Part shown: positions 1 to 8,666 of the stretch, in pieces
Numbering within the stretch: position 1 is the first letter of the stretch
Layout: each line of letters starts with the position of its first letter
Source: Pseudobdellovibrionaceae bacterium
Lineage (GTDB): Bacteria; Bdellovibrionota; Bdellovibrionia; Bdellovibrionales; Bdellovibrionaceae
DNA: 46,880 bases
Direction: 5' to 3'
Assembly: GCA_043779385.1 (NCBI GenBank)
Contig: JAYWEU010000297.1
Span: 1-46,880, forward strand
Position numbers and translations under genes: made by a program
Notes under the pieces: generated by a model
What the model was told of the DNA's origin: nothing
The model's database searches: none
The model's input: the letters and a program-made list of their open reading frames with translations, nothing else

Positions 1-61
1 CACAAGATAAGAAAAGTCCTACAAATGGAATGAATAAAAGTGGTCCCATTTGGATTTTCAT
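1..61 (-). CDS. N-terminus of a probable lipoprotein (gene runs out of the window)
   Basis: Reverse-strand ATG at 61..59 with AGGAG (rc of 66..70) 5 nt upstream. Translation is MKIQMGPLLFIPFVGLFLSC, a signal peptide ending in a lipobox-like LSC. Truncated by the window edge. Confidence 0.4.
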   Translation of the reverse strand, partial: MKIQMGPLLFIPFVGLFLSC

Positions 62-149
62 AAGGCTCCTTGATAAAGTTGGTTTCCTCTTAAATCTTGG
101 AATGATTTAGGAGGAAACTCAATCACAAAGCCGTTTTATTTAATCCAAT

Positions 150-662
150 CTAGCGCGACTGCCCTAGTTCCATTGTCCAGTAGGTCTTAAAAGTCGAAGA
201 TTCGTAAAAGCCGCAAGCAACGCCGACTTCGCGAAAATGAGGGCTCATGATATTCGCGCAGTGGCCGGGGCTTTTGATCCAACTGTTGATGGCGCTTTCG
301 ACAGTGGCAGGCCCTGCTGAAATATTTTCTCCGGCCGACCGCCAGTTGTATCCAGCCCTTTCCATTCGATCGGTGAAAGGTTTTCCGTCGCGGCTGTCAT
401 GTTCGAAATAATTGTGATGGGCCATATCCATGGAATGCTCGGCCGCGGCTTCAGCAAGTCTTAAATTCCATAGAAGGGCGGTTGCGGCCTTAAAAAATTG
501 AGTTCCGCAGGACCTTGCAGAAGCTCGCGAGGCATTGACTCGGGCCAAGACTTCTTGCTGAAGACCGCTTAATTGACAGTTTTGGGCCGTGGCATAAGCT
601 CTGGAAAAAGTCAGAGCTATCAAAAGAATAAAAAAGCGCTGAACAAACAAAGGACCTCCCAC
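150..662 (-). CDS. secreted CAP/SCP (PR-1 / YkwD-like) domain protein
   Basis: 170-aa ORF with a signal peptide (LIALTFSRAYA|TAQ). CAP-family motifs are visible (HSMDMAHHNYFEH, GENISAG, WIKSPGHCANIM). The track start 662 is GTG. TTG at 650, with GGAGG 4 nt upstream, is an alternative start. Confidence 0.8.
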   Translation of the reverse strand: MGGPLFVQRFFILLIALTFSRAYATAQNCQLSGLQQEVLARVNASRASARSCGTQFFKAATALLWNLRLAEAAAEHSMDMAHHNYFEHDSRDGKPFTDRMERAGYNWRSAGENISAGPATVESAINSWIKSPGHCANIMSPHFREVGVACGFYESSTFKTYWTMELGQSR

Positions 663-783
663 TTAAGTTAGAATTCCTAAAAATTATTTTAGGAGGTCAA
701 AGTTTGTTTTAAAATCACCGCGTCGTTCAACGTTTTATCTGTGATAAATCGCGAGCTGTCTGTGACGAGAAGCTCGCAAGGAT

Positions 784-1956
784 CTAGCGGAACGCTGCGA
801 TACCGGTGATTTGTTGGCCGACAACAAGTCGATGAATATCTTCAGTGCCCTCATAGGTGTTCACTGTTTCCAAATTCATCATGTGTCGAATCACTGGATA
901 TTCATCGATGATCCCGTTGGCTCCCAACAGATCTCGAGCATCGCGCGCAACATCTAAAGCCATTCGACAATTATTCATTTTCACCAAGGAAACATGGTGA
1001 GGAAGAATTCGACCAGATTCTTTCAAGCGGCCCATTTGTAAAGCAAGCAACTGACCCTTGGTAATTTCCTGCACCATTTTAACCAGCTTCCCTTGTGGAA
1101 GTTGGTAGGCGGCAAGTGGCTTATCCTGTTCAAAAATCACTCGCTCTTTGGAATAATGAAGTGCCGTGTGGTAACAAGCGTTCGCAGCGCCGACAACACC
1201 CCAGGCAATTCCGTAACGAGCTTGCGTCAAGCATCCCAAGGGACCTTTAAGGCCTTCAATATTGGGCAGCATATTTTCTTCTGGAACAAAACAATTTTGC
1301 AGGTGAAGTTCAGAGGTTGTACTGACTCGTAAAGAAAATTTGCCCTTCATGGTGCTGGTCGTAAATCCTTCCATGCCTTTTTCAACAATAAAGCCTTTTA
1401 CTTTTCCATCCAGCTTGGCCCAAACAATCGCGATGTCTGCAATACAACCGTTAGTGATCCACATTTTATTGCCGGTGATTTTATATCCACCTTTCACTTT
1501 TTCAGCACGAGTGAGCATGCCGCCCGGATTTGATCCCGCATCAGGCTCTGTCAAACCAAAGCAGCCAATCAATTCGGCCTTTGCTAGTTTAGACAGATAT
1601 TTTTTCTTCTGAGCTTCGGACCCGTAAGCAAAAATCGGATACATCACTAGGGCGCCTTGCACAGAACAAAAAGAGCGAATGCCCGAATCGGCGCGCTCTA
1701 GTTCTTGCATTAAAAGACCGTAAGAAATATGACCTAAGCCAGGGCAGTCGTAACCTTGAATTGTTGAACCCAGCAGGCCCATCTCAGCAAAGCGCGGAAT
1801 TAAATGTTTGGGAAATTCTTCTTTTCGATTGGCCTCTTGCAAAGTCGGCATCACTTCTTTCGTGACAAAATCGCGAACCGTGTTGCGTACCATCAATTCT
1901 TCTTCAGAAAAAAGAGAATCTTCTTCCATGTAGTTTAAAGACTCATAGACAGCCAT
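784..1956 (-). CDS. gcdH: acyl-CoA dehydrogenase, glutaryl-CoA dehydrogenase-like
   Basis: 390-aa ORF starting at ATG with GAGGAG 5 nt upstream. Motifs GCFGLTEPDAGSNPGGM, MWITNG and the C-terminal NTYEGTEDIHRLVVGQQITGIAAF match, from memory, glutaryl-CoA dehydrogenases better than other ACADs. Confidence 0.8.
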   Translation of the reverse strand: MAVYESLNYMEEDSLFSEEELMVRNTVRDFVTKEVMPTLQEANRKEEFPKHLIPRFAEMGLLGSTIQGYDCPGLGHISYGLLMQELERADSGIRSFCSVQGALVMYPIFAYGSEAQKKKYLSKLAKAELIGCFGLTEPDAGSNPGGMLTRAEKVKGGYKITGNKMWITNGCIADIAIVWAKLDGKVKGFIVEKGMEGFTTSTMKGKFSLRVSTTSELHLQNCFVPEENMLPNIEGLKGPLGCLTQARYGIAWGVVGAANACYHTALHYSKERVIFEQDKPLAAYQLPQGKLVKMVQEITKGQLLALQMGRLKESGRILPHHVSLVKMNNCRMALDVARDARDLLGANGIIDEYPVIRHMMNLETVNTYEGTEDIHRLVVGQQITGIAAFR

Positions 1957-1982
1957 AAATACTCCTCATTGGGGTGCTGTAT

Positions 1983-2011
1983 ATTATCGCAAAGCCTCGG
2001 GATTCTGGCAA
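1983..2011 (-). promoter_or_regulatory. sigma-70-type promoter candidate for the acyl-CoA dehydrogenase
   Basis: Reverse strand reads TTGCCA (2011..2006) - 17 nt - GATAAT (1988..1983). It lies 27 nt upstream of the ATG at 1956. Confidence 0.4.
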
Positions 2012-2078
2012 GTCCAACAGTCGCGCATTGCCAATTTTCAATACTTGACTCAAAGCTGTAAGCTGGCACCTTAGATTG

Positions 2079-4295
2079 ATGTATAACAGAGCAGAAATCG
2101 TCGACGAAAACTTTACAAAATTTGTTAAAGCCAGCCACTTTCCACCGGCCAGGACGCATGTCAATTTGCAGGATTCTGGCTTAAAGTCGACAGAGCTCAT
2201 TGATCTTTTTGAAAGCCAAGTGATCAGTCGACATCTGGATCTAAGGGCCCGCATTTTAAAAAATACCAATCAATGTTTTTACACCATTGGAAGCTCAGGG
2301 CATGAAGGGAACGCCGTCTTTGGAAAAGTTTTTCGAACGACGGATATGGCTTTTTTGCATTATCGCAGTGGGGCTTTGATGATTCAAAGGGCTAAGCAAA
2401 GACCGGGATCAACACCAATTTACGATACCATGCTTTCTTTTGCAGCTTCCAGTGACGAACCGATCGCTGGTGGGCGGCATAAAGTTTTTGGCAGTTTACC
2501 ATTAATGGTTCCTCCGCAAACCAGCACGATTGCCTCGCATCTACCAAAGGCTGTCGGAGCGGCGCTTTCGATCACTCGAGCCCGAGATTTAGGTCATGAC
2601 GGCCTCATGCCGAATGACAGCCTCGTGATCTGTTCTTTCGGAGATGCTTCGGCCAATCACTCGACCGCTTTAGGGGCGATCAATACGGCGGCTTGGACCG
2701 CTTATCAAAAAGTGCGGTTGCCCTTAATTTTTATTTGTGAAGATAACGGTCTTGGAATTTCTGTTTCGACGCCAGCCAGCTGGATTGAAAATAATTTCTC
2801 ATCGAAACCCTCGCTTCAATATTTAAAAGTCGACGGTTTAAATTTATTAGATCTTTATCAAAAGACAAAAGCTTTGGAAGAAATTGTTCGAACCACCCGC
2901 AAGCCGGCCTTCTTACATATGGAAACCGTTCGACTGATGGGGCACGCAGGCTCTGATATGGAATTCGGTTACCATTCTTTAGAAAAAATTGAATCTTTGG
3001 AATTTAACGATCCCCTTCTACATTCGGCTCGTATTATTTTGGAAAATAAATTGTTGTCGCCTGAAGAAATTTTAAAAATGTACGAAGGGGAAAGGGCTCG
3101 GGTTGAACACGTGGGTCTGGCTGCCATTCAGCGACCCAAGCTTTTGAAGCCTGAAGATATTCGCTCGACAGTCATCGCTTGTGTTGAACAAAAAATGGCG
3201 CCGGCTGCGCCCGAAGAATCATTGCGTGAAAAAACTTTTGGCCGCGAGTACGCAAAACTTTCGACGCCTCAACATATGGCAAAGTTAATTAATTATGGTT
3301 TGACGGACTTAATGCTGCGTTATCCTCAGACCATGGTTTTTGGCGAAGATGTCGCGCAAAAAGGCGGCGTTTATAATGTCACTGATGGATTATTTGCTAA
3401 ATTTGGTGCGAAAAGAGTTTTTAATTCTTTATTAGATGAGCAATCCATTCTAGGGGCAGCGATTGGTTTAGCTCATAATGGATTTTTACCGATTCCTGAA
3501 ATTCAATTCCTTGCCTACGTTCATAATGCCGAAGATCAAATCCGAGGCGAAGCCGCCACCTTGGCCTTCTTTTCCAAAGGGCAGTTTACAAACCCCATGG
3601 TGCTGCGGATTGCAGGTCTGCCTTATCAAAAAGGCTTTGGCGGGCATTTTCATAATGATAATTCATTGGCTATTTTTCGCGATATTCCCGGATTAATCAT
3701 CGCAGTTCCTAGCAATGGAATAGATGCCGTAAAAATGATGCGAGCCTGTGTTCGCGAGGCTTATGAAAAAGGCCGCGTGATTGTTTTTATCGAGCCCATT
3801 GCTTTGTATATGACAAAAGATTTACATCAAGTCGATGATAAAGGCTGGACCTTTCCTTACCCTTCAGGCACCGATGAAATCTTGATTGGAGAATTCGGTG
3901 TTTATGGGGATGGAAAAGATCTAACAATATTAACTTATGGGAATGGCTATTATTTTTCTAGGCAGGCTGAAAAAATCCTGAAAGAAAAACACAATGTGCA
4001 TTGTAAAATTATTGATCTACGTTGGATTGCGCCCTTAAATCATCAGGCCCTAGCCGCAGAGCTTGAAAATTCCAAAAATGTTCTGATTGTCGATGAATGT
4101 CGAAAAACCGGATCCCTCAGTGAGGCCTTGGTTGCATCGATGGTGGAAAATATGAAAACGCTTCCTAAAATTAAAGTCATTGCTGCTCATGACTGTTTTA
4201 TTACTTTGGGCGTCGCGGCCGCAGCGGGCTTGCCTTCAAAAGAAGAAATTATTGAAGCCGCCCTTCAAATGAAAGGAATCAAGGTTCCTTCATGA
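2079..4295 (+). CDS. fused 2-oxoacid dehydrogenase E1 component (alpha + beta in one polypeptide), TPP-dependent
   Basis: 739-aa ORF. The track start 2076 is TTG and the first ATG is 2079. The N half carries the TPP motif GDASANHSTALGAINTAAW...ICEDNGLGIS. The C half has transketolase-like beta-subunit motifs (FGEDVAQKGGVYNVT, EQSILGAAIGLA, EIQFLAY). Confidence 0.85.
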   Translation: MYNRAEIVDENFTKFVKASHFPPARTHVNLQDSGLKSTELIDLFESQVISRHLDLRARILKNTNQCFYTIGSSGHEGNAVFGKVFRTTDMAFLHYRSGALMIQRAKQRPGSTPIYDTMLSFAASSDEPIAGGRHKVFGSLPLMVPPQTSTIASHLPKAVGAALSITRARDLGHDGLMPNDSLVICSFGDASANHSTALGAINTAAWTAYQKVRLPLIFICEDNGLGISVSTPASWIENNFSSKPSLQYLKVDGLNLLDLYQKTKALEEIVRTTRKPAFLHMETVRLMGHAGSDMEFGYHSLEKIESLEFNDPLLHSARIILENKLLSPEEILKMYEGERARVEHVGLAAIQRPKLLKPEDIRSTVIACVEQKMAPAAPEESLREKTFGREYAKLSTPQHMAKLINYGLTDLMLRYPQTMVFGEDVAQKGGVYNVTDGLFAKFGAKRVFNSLLDEQSILGAAIGLAHNGFLPIPEIQFLAYVHNAEDQIRGEAATLAFFSKGQFTNPMVLRIAGLPYQKGFGGHFHNDNSLAIFRDIPGLIIAVPSNGIDAVKMMRACVREAYEKGRVIVFIEPIALYMTKDLHQVDDKGWTFPYPSGTDEILIGEFGVYGDGKDLTILTYGNGYYFSRQAEKILKEKHNVHCKIIDLRWIAPLNHQALAAELENSKNVLIVDECRKTGSLSEALVASMVENMKTLPKIKVIAAHDCFITLGVAAAAGLPSKEEIIEAALQMKGIKVPS

Positions 4296-5323
4296 TGACA
4301 AAGCAAGGGGTCAAAAAAGATCGAGTCGTCGTGATCTGTCCAGGGCGCGGGACCTACACCAAAGAAACTTTGGGATATTTAAAAAAGTTTCGACCGGCTT
4401 TCAGCGAATTCCTTAATCTTATGGACGAAAAACGGGCGGCCCTGGGCATGCCAACCTTGAGTGAGCTTGATAACGAGCCCGTCTTTAAACCCCAGATGCA
4501 CACCAAGGGCGAGCACGCCTCGGCGTTAATTTATGCCTGCAGTTATTGTGATTTTTTAAATTTGGATCCTGAAAAATACGAAATTGTCGCGGTCACGGGC
4601 AATTCCATGGGATGGTATATCGCTTTAGCGGTCGCTGGAGTTTTGAATGTTCATGGAGCTTTTGAAGTCATCAATACCATGGGCTCTATGATGAAAGATG
4701 AAATCATCGGTGGACAGATGATTTACCCACTGGTCGATGACAACTGGAGGGTCAAGCAAAGCAATGTTGATCTGGTTCATGCAGCGCTGAAAGAAGTGAA
4801 TTTGCAACCTGACTGCAAAGCTTATATTTCAATCCAATTGGGTGGATATGCGGTGATTGGTGGCCATCAAAAAGCCTTGGATTTTTTATTAAAAAAACTT
4901 CCAAAAATTGAAAACTATCCTTTCCAACTGATCAATCACGCAGCCTTTCATACGCCACTTTTAAAACAGACTTCAGAAAAAGCTCGGCAAATTCTTTCCA
5001 AAGATTTATTTCATCGTCCGCAAATTCCCTTGATTGATGGTCGCGGGCATGTGTGGACTGAATTTGCCACCAGTCGCGATGATATTTACAACTATACTTT
5101 TCAACATCAAGTGATCCAACCTTATGACTTTACAACGGCGATCACCGTTGCCTTAAAAGAGTTTTCTCCTGATCGCTTGGTGCTTTTGGGTCCCGGAAAC
5201 ACATTAGGTGGCGCGATTGGTCAAATTCTTGTGCAAAATAAATGGCTTCAAATCTCTGCCAAAAGCGATTTTATTGAATTACAGAAAGAAAATCCGTTTT
5301 TAATCTCTTTAGGCCGTCCTTAG
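4292..5323 (+). CDS. FabD-like acyltransferase (malonyl-CoA:ACP transacylase superfamily)
   Basis: 343-aa ORF whose ATG overlaps the E1 stop (ATGA at 4292..4295). It has the PGRGTY oxyanion loop, the GNSMG nucleophile elbow and an NHAAFHTP His motif. Confidence 0.75.
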   Translation: MMTKQGVKKDRVVVICPGRGTYTKETLGYLKKFRPAFSEFLNLMDEKRAALGMPTLSELDNEPVFKPQMHTKGEHASALIYACSYCDFLNLDPEKYEIVAVTGNSMGWYIALAVAGVLNVHGAFEVINTMGSMMKDEIIGGQMIYPLVDDNWRVKQSNVDLVHAALKEVNLQPDCKAYISIQLGGYAVIGGHQKALDFLLKKLPKIENYPFQLINHAAFHTPLLKQTSEKARQILSKDLFHRPQIPLIDGRGHVWTEFATSRDDIYNYTFQHQVIQPYDFTTAITVALKEFSPDRLVLLGPGNTLGGAIGQILVQNKWLQISAKSDFIELQKENPFLISLGRP

Positions 5324-5384
5324 ATAAAATCATTCCTGACAGTCTGGTTAATTTTAGCTATATCTGGAGCTTGAAGGTCTATAA

Positions 5385-6167
5385 ATGAATTTATGTTTTG
5401 AAAAAAAGCATTATTGCACCCATTTAAAAAGCTGGAATCTGATAGAGTCTTGCTTATGGCCGTATCTGATTGACGGTCTTCATAAAAATGAAAAAGTTCA
5501 TTACTATACAGATCGATTTACGCCGGTAGAACTTCTGCAATTTTGGCCGCTGTCTTCAGAACAAAAAAATATTTTAGATGCCGCTCTGGCCAACGGAAAT
5601 CTTGAAATTTTTTCTGGTGAACAAGTCTACTTAGTCGATGGTCAATTTAATATCGATGATCGATTGAATTTTGCTAAAATCGCAATCGCTAAGGCCCAAG
5701 CAGAAGGGTTTAGCGGGTTTCGCATCGCTGCTGAAATGGAATGGATTAAAAAGGCGAAGAATGTGAATATTATTGATTTAGTCAGCGATTATGAAATGCG
5801 ATGCAATGACCTTTTTGACTCAAATTTTATCACCTGCCTTTGTATTTATTGCGATGAATCTCTGACCCCTGATTTATGCTTTCGAGCTTTGCACGCTCAT
5901 CCCCAAGTTCACGCTTTGAATCAGACCACGCAAGAAATCTTTAAGAATCCGTTTATGAATAAAAGCGGTCCAGATCCACTTCATGATTTACGGCATTGGA
6001 TTCGCTATTTAAAATCAATGGGACTGAATTGGATCGCTCATGTCGATAGCGGGACCAAAACAAAATTTAAAAGTGATGTTTACCAAAATTTAGCCAAATA
6101 TATTGAGGGCAATGATTTTTCCCAAAAAGGAATTCCTGATATATTCCTTAACATCAGCGCTTTATAG
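5385..6167 (+). CDS. MEDS-like (DcmR-type sensory) domain protein
   Basis: 260-aa ORF with GAAGG upstream. The pattern KVHYYTD ... GFSGFRIAAEMEW ... YEMRCNDLF ... CLCIYCDE ... HAHPQV fits my memory of the MEDS consensus. No HMM was run. Confidence 0.5.
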   Translation: MNLCFEKKHYCTHLKSWNLIESCLWPYLIDGLHKNEKVHYYTDRFTPVELLQFWPLSSEQKNILDAALANGNLEIFSGEQVYLVDGQFNIDDRLNFAKIAIAKAQAEGFSGFRIAAEMEWIKKAKNVNIIDLVSDYEMRCNDLFDSNFITCLCIYCDESLTPDLCFRALHAHPQVHALNQTTQEIFKNPFMNKSGPDPLHDLRHWIRYLKSMGLNWIAHVDSGTKTKFKSDVYQNLAKYIEGNDFSQKGIPDIFLNISAL

Positions 6168-6175
6168 GAATTCGA

Positions 6176-7441
6176 ATGAATTCAACTCATCAAAGAATCC
6201 TTTTGATTGGCGGCGGCCATACGCACTGCTTGGTTCTAAAAAACTGGCGGGCCAAAGACCTTAAGGGCGTTCATCTGACTTTAATTTCTGAGACCGCGGC
6301 TTCACCCTATAGCGGGATGTTAACTGGATTTATTTCGGGAGCTTACACCGATCAACAGATTCATATTTCACTCTTGCCGCTGATCAAAAAATTCAATGGT
6401 GAATTTGTGCAGGACTCTGTTGTAGATATTGATTTCAAAAATCAGAAAGTACTGACTAAAAACGGCCAAGAGCTGACATTTGATATTCTTTCGATCAATA
6501 CGGGTTCGATTCCACAATCGCAAGGAATGATGGGCGCTCAGAATTATTCTGTTCCGATAAAACCGATCAAATCATTTCAAGCTAGGTTCACCGAATTTCT
6601 GAAAAAAGCGAGCGTTGAAAGCCAGTCGCGATCCCTCGTCGTGATTGGGGCTGGTGTTGCAGGCATCGAATGTTCCCTGGCTTTTGAAAGTCGGTCTCGA
6701 CACTTGGGTGTTAATTCTGAAATTCACTTGATCGAAGCCTCAGAAAATTTTTTGCCGGGATTTCCAAAAGGGGCTCAAGAAAATATTTCTGATTTGTTAG
6801 CTGGCCGTAGGATTCATTTGCATCTTGGAAAAAAGGTCACTGAAATCACGTCCGAAGAAGTAATTTTTTCAGACAAAACTAAATTGAAGACGGACTTTAC
6901 TGTTTTGACAACGTCGGGCCAACCTGCGCCTTGGATTCAAAATTTGAAACTGAAGCATCATGGACCATTTATTCAAATCAACAAGTTTTTAGAAACGTCT
7001 GAAAGCCAAGTTTTTGCGGCGGGTGATGTGGCCCAGAATCCTGACAAGCCAGTTCCACGGGCGGGTGTTTTTGCGGTTCGCGAAGCTAAAGTTCTTGCGC
7101 ACAATATTCAAGCCCTTCTTGGGGGTACGGCCAAGACCGCTTTTTTACCTCAAAAAGATTTTTTGAGCTTAATTTCTGATGGCGACGGTAAATGCACAGC
7201 GATCAAGGGATCTTGGTTTTTTTCCAATTCTAAATTAATGTGGATTTTAAAAGATTTTATTGATCGAAAATTTGTGCGTCAGTTTGATTCCTTAGGATCA
7301 AATTTTATAAAAACAGCGGACAAACGCTACCTGCAATCCATGTTTCTATTAACTTGGATTTGTTTATCATATTCTGATGGTTTTTTTAGGACAAAGTCTT
7401 TAGGCTGTGCGGCGGCTTTAATCATCTTAAGCCTGATTTAG
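6176..7441 (+). CDS. FAD-dependent pyridine nucleotide-disulfide oxidoreductase (NDH-2-like; type found fused to SelD in other bacteria)
   Basis: 421-aa ORF with AGGA upstream. It has two dinucleotide-binding motifs (ILLIGGGHTH and VVIGAGVAGIE) and the FAAGDVA motif. The N-terminal block HLTLISE..SPYSGMLTG..., and the DILSINTGS block further downstream, resemble the oxidoreductase half of oxidoreductase-SelD fusion proteins. Confidence 0.75.
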   Translation: MNSTHQRILLIGGGHTHCLVLKNWRAKDLKGVHLTLISETAASPYSGMLTGFISGAYTDQQIHISLLPLIKKFNGEFVQDSVVDIDFKNQKVLTKNGQELTFDILSINTGSIPQSQGMMGAQNYSVPIKPIKSFQARFTEFLKKASVESQSRSLVVIGAGVAGIECSLAFESRSRHLGVNSEIHLIEASENFLPGFPKGAQENISDLLAGRRIHLHLGKKVTEITSEEVIFSDKTKLKTDFTVLTTSGQPAPWIQNLKLKHHGPFIQINKFLETSESQVFAAGDVAQNPDKPVPRAGVFAVREAKVLAHNIQALLGGTAKTAFLPQKDFLSLISDGDGKCTAIKGSWFFSNSKLMWILKDFIDRKFVRQFDSLGSNFIKTADKRYLQSMFLLTWICLSYSDGFFRTKSLGCAAALIILSLI

Positions 7442-7640
7442 CTGCTAAAACCAGCCATGGCAACAGATGGTAGACAAAATCAAAATAATCCAAGAGGCTT
7501 AGAGGCTGCCCTGCCGAGAGACGATGAACGTGTTTCCAAAGATGAGGTGGGGAGAAGGGGGCTAACCCCAAGGTTAAAGCCCCAGCGAAGACCACCCACC
7601 AGGAAAGCGTATTTAAATAGAGGTTCAATTTAGATAACAT
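7422..7640 (-). CDS. small two-TM membrane protein, unknown function
   Basis: 72-aa ORF with two hydrophobic segments. It overlaps the 3' end of the preceding gene convergently by 20 nt. No family recognised. Confidence 0.4.
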   Translation of the reverse strand: MLSKLNLYLNTLSWWVVFAGALTLGLAPFSPPHLWKHVHRLSAGQPLSLLDYFDFVYHLLPWLVLAAKSGLR

Positions 7641-7796
7641 GGGCTGAGTTTATTGAATGTGACTTTTTATGACAAAGGATTTGACGCTCAAAATTGAAAA
7701 ATTATCGACTTCAAAGGACTCACACAAATCTCTTGTTTCAAAATGAGAAATGACCTTTAGAGTTCCTAGACCTTGGCCGAAGAATTAGAGGGGCCA

Positions 7797-8666
7797 ATGA
7801 CATGGGCCGTTCAGAGCTTTAGCCAAAGGAAATGTGTGGATGACGTTAAGACCAGAACGATTCGAAATCCTGAGAACGAGTCTTCGCAAAATTTAGAAGA
7901 AACAATTCTAATTTGCGAGAAAGCAGCCCCCGAAGAGGTTCTGCGTTATGCCTTGGAACGGAATATATCTCAGATCGTGCAGGAGACAAGTCCTCACCAT
8001 GAGATTGAAGTCAAATCATCCATGGCTATGATGGATGCGCCCGCTTCGTTTTTTGATTTTCCTTTGGCCACTATTTTGACTCCTGACAAGGTGACAGTTC
8101 AATCTGAAAAAACCTTGCGCCAGTTAGAAATTCCTTTTTTTAAGTCCGATGAAAAGGAAGCTATTTTAGATTCTATTGGGGAATATATGAGGACTTTGGC
8201 CGGATCGGGAACTTTAGAGTCTGATGTTCGATTAGTTGCCGATGAGCTTTTTACGAATGCGATTTTTAATGCAGGTTTTCAGACAATTCCAGGGGGAGCC
8301 AATCGGGCAGATTCAATCATCTTGGATCAAAAGCAAACTTGTCGCTTGTTGGTAGGATCAAAAGACGACCGGTTGGTTGTCGTTTGTGAAGATTTGTTTG
8401 GGACCCTTAATATTTTAAAGCTTTTGAATCGGATCAGAAAATGTTACGAAGAAGGAGCTCATAACTCGATCACCTGGGATCAGCCAGGAGCCGGAATCGG
8501 CAGCTACCTGGTTTTTAAAAGTTGTATGAGCGTTTACTATGCTGTTCAAGAAAATGAGCGAACGATGGTTGCTTGTGTTTTTCCTTTACGAAAAGGGATG
8601 AGGGCTCGCTCAGAAATAGGTAAAGGCGTCCACTTTGTGAATGTCTCAAAAAAGGATAAAGCATGA
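7797..8666 (+). CDS. RsbW/SpoIIAB-like HATPase-domain protein (putative anti-sigma serine kinase)
   Basis: The ORF opens at TTG 7773, but ATG 7797 has AGAGGGG 3-4 nt upstream. The C-terminal half has an N-box-like ADELFTNAIFNA, a G1-like CEDLFGTLN and a G2-like GAGIGSYL. The N-terminal ~150 aa are unassigned. Confidence 0.55.
   Translation: MTWAVQSFSQRKCVDDVKTRTIRNPENESSQNLEETILICEKAAPEEVLRYALERNISQIVQETSPHHEIEVKSSMAMMDAPASFFDFPLATILTPDKVTVQSEKTLRQLEIPFFKSDEKEAILDSIGEYMRTLAGSGTLESDVRLVADELFTNAIFNAGFQTIPGGANRADSIILDQKQTCRLLVGSKDDRLVVVCEDLFGTLNILKLLNRIRKCYEEGAHNSITWDQPGAGIGSYLVFKSCMSVYYAVQENERTMVACVFPLRKGMRARSEIGKGVHFVNVSKKDKA

Noticed and set aside
2064-2081. TGGCAC just upstream of the E1 gene (ctggcaccttagattgatg) as a sigma-54 promoter
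   Set aside because: GG-N10 is followed by TG, not GC (TGGCAC-N6-TTGA). It also lies only 10 nt from the ATG, leaving no room for a leader or RBS.
1935-2269. 74-aa and 108-aa reverse ORFs spanning the gcdH/E1 divergent region
   Set aside because: They overlap the well-supported E1 coding frame and the promoter region. They have no RBS and no recognisable domain.
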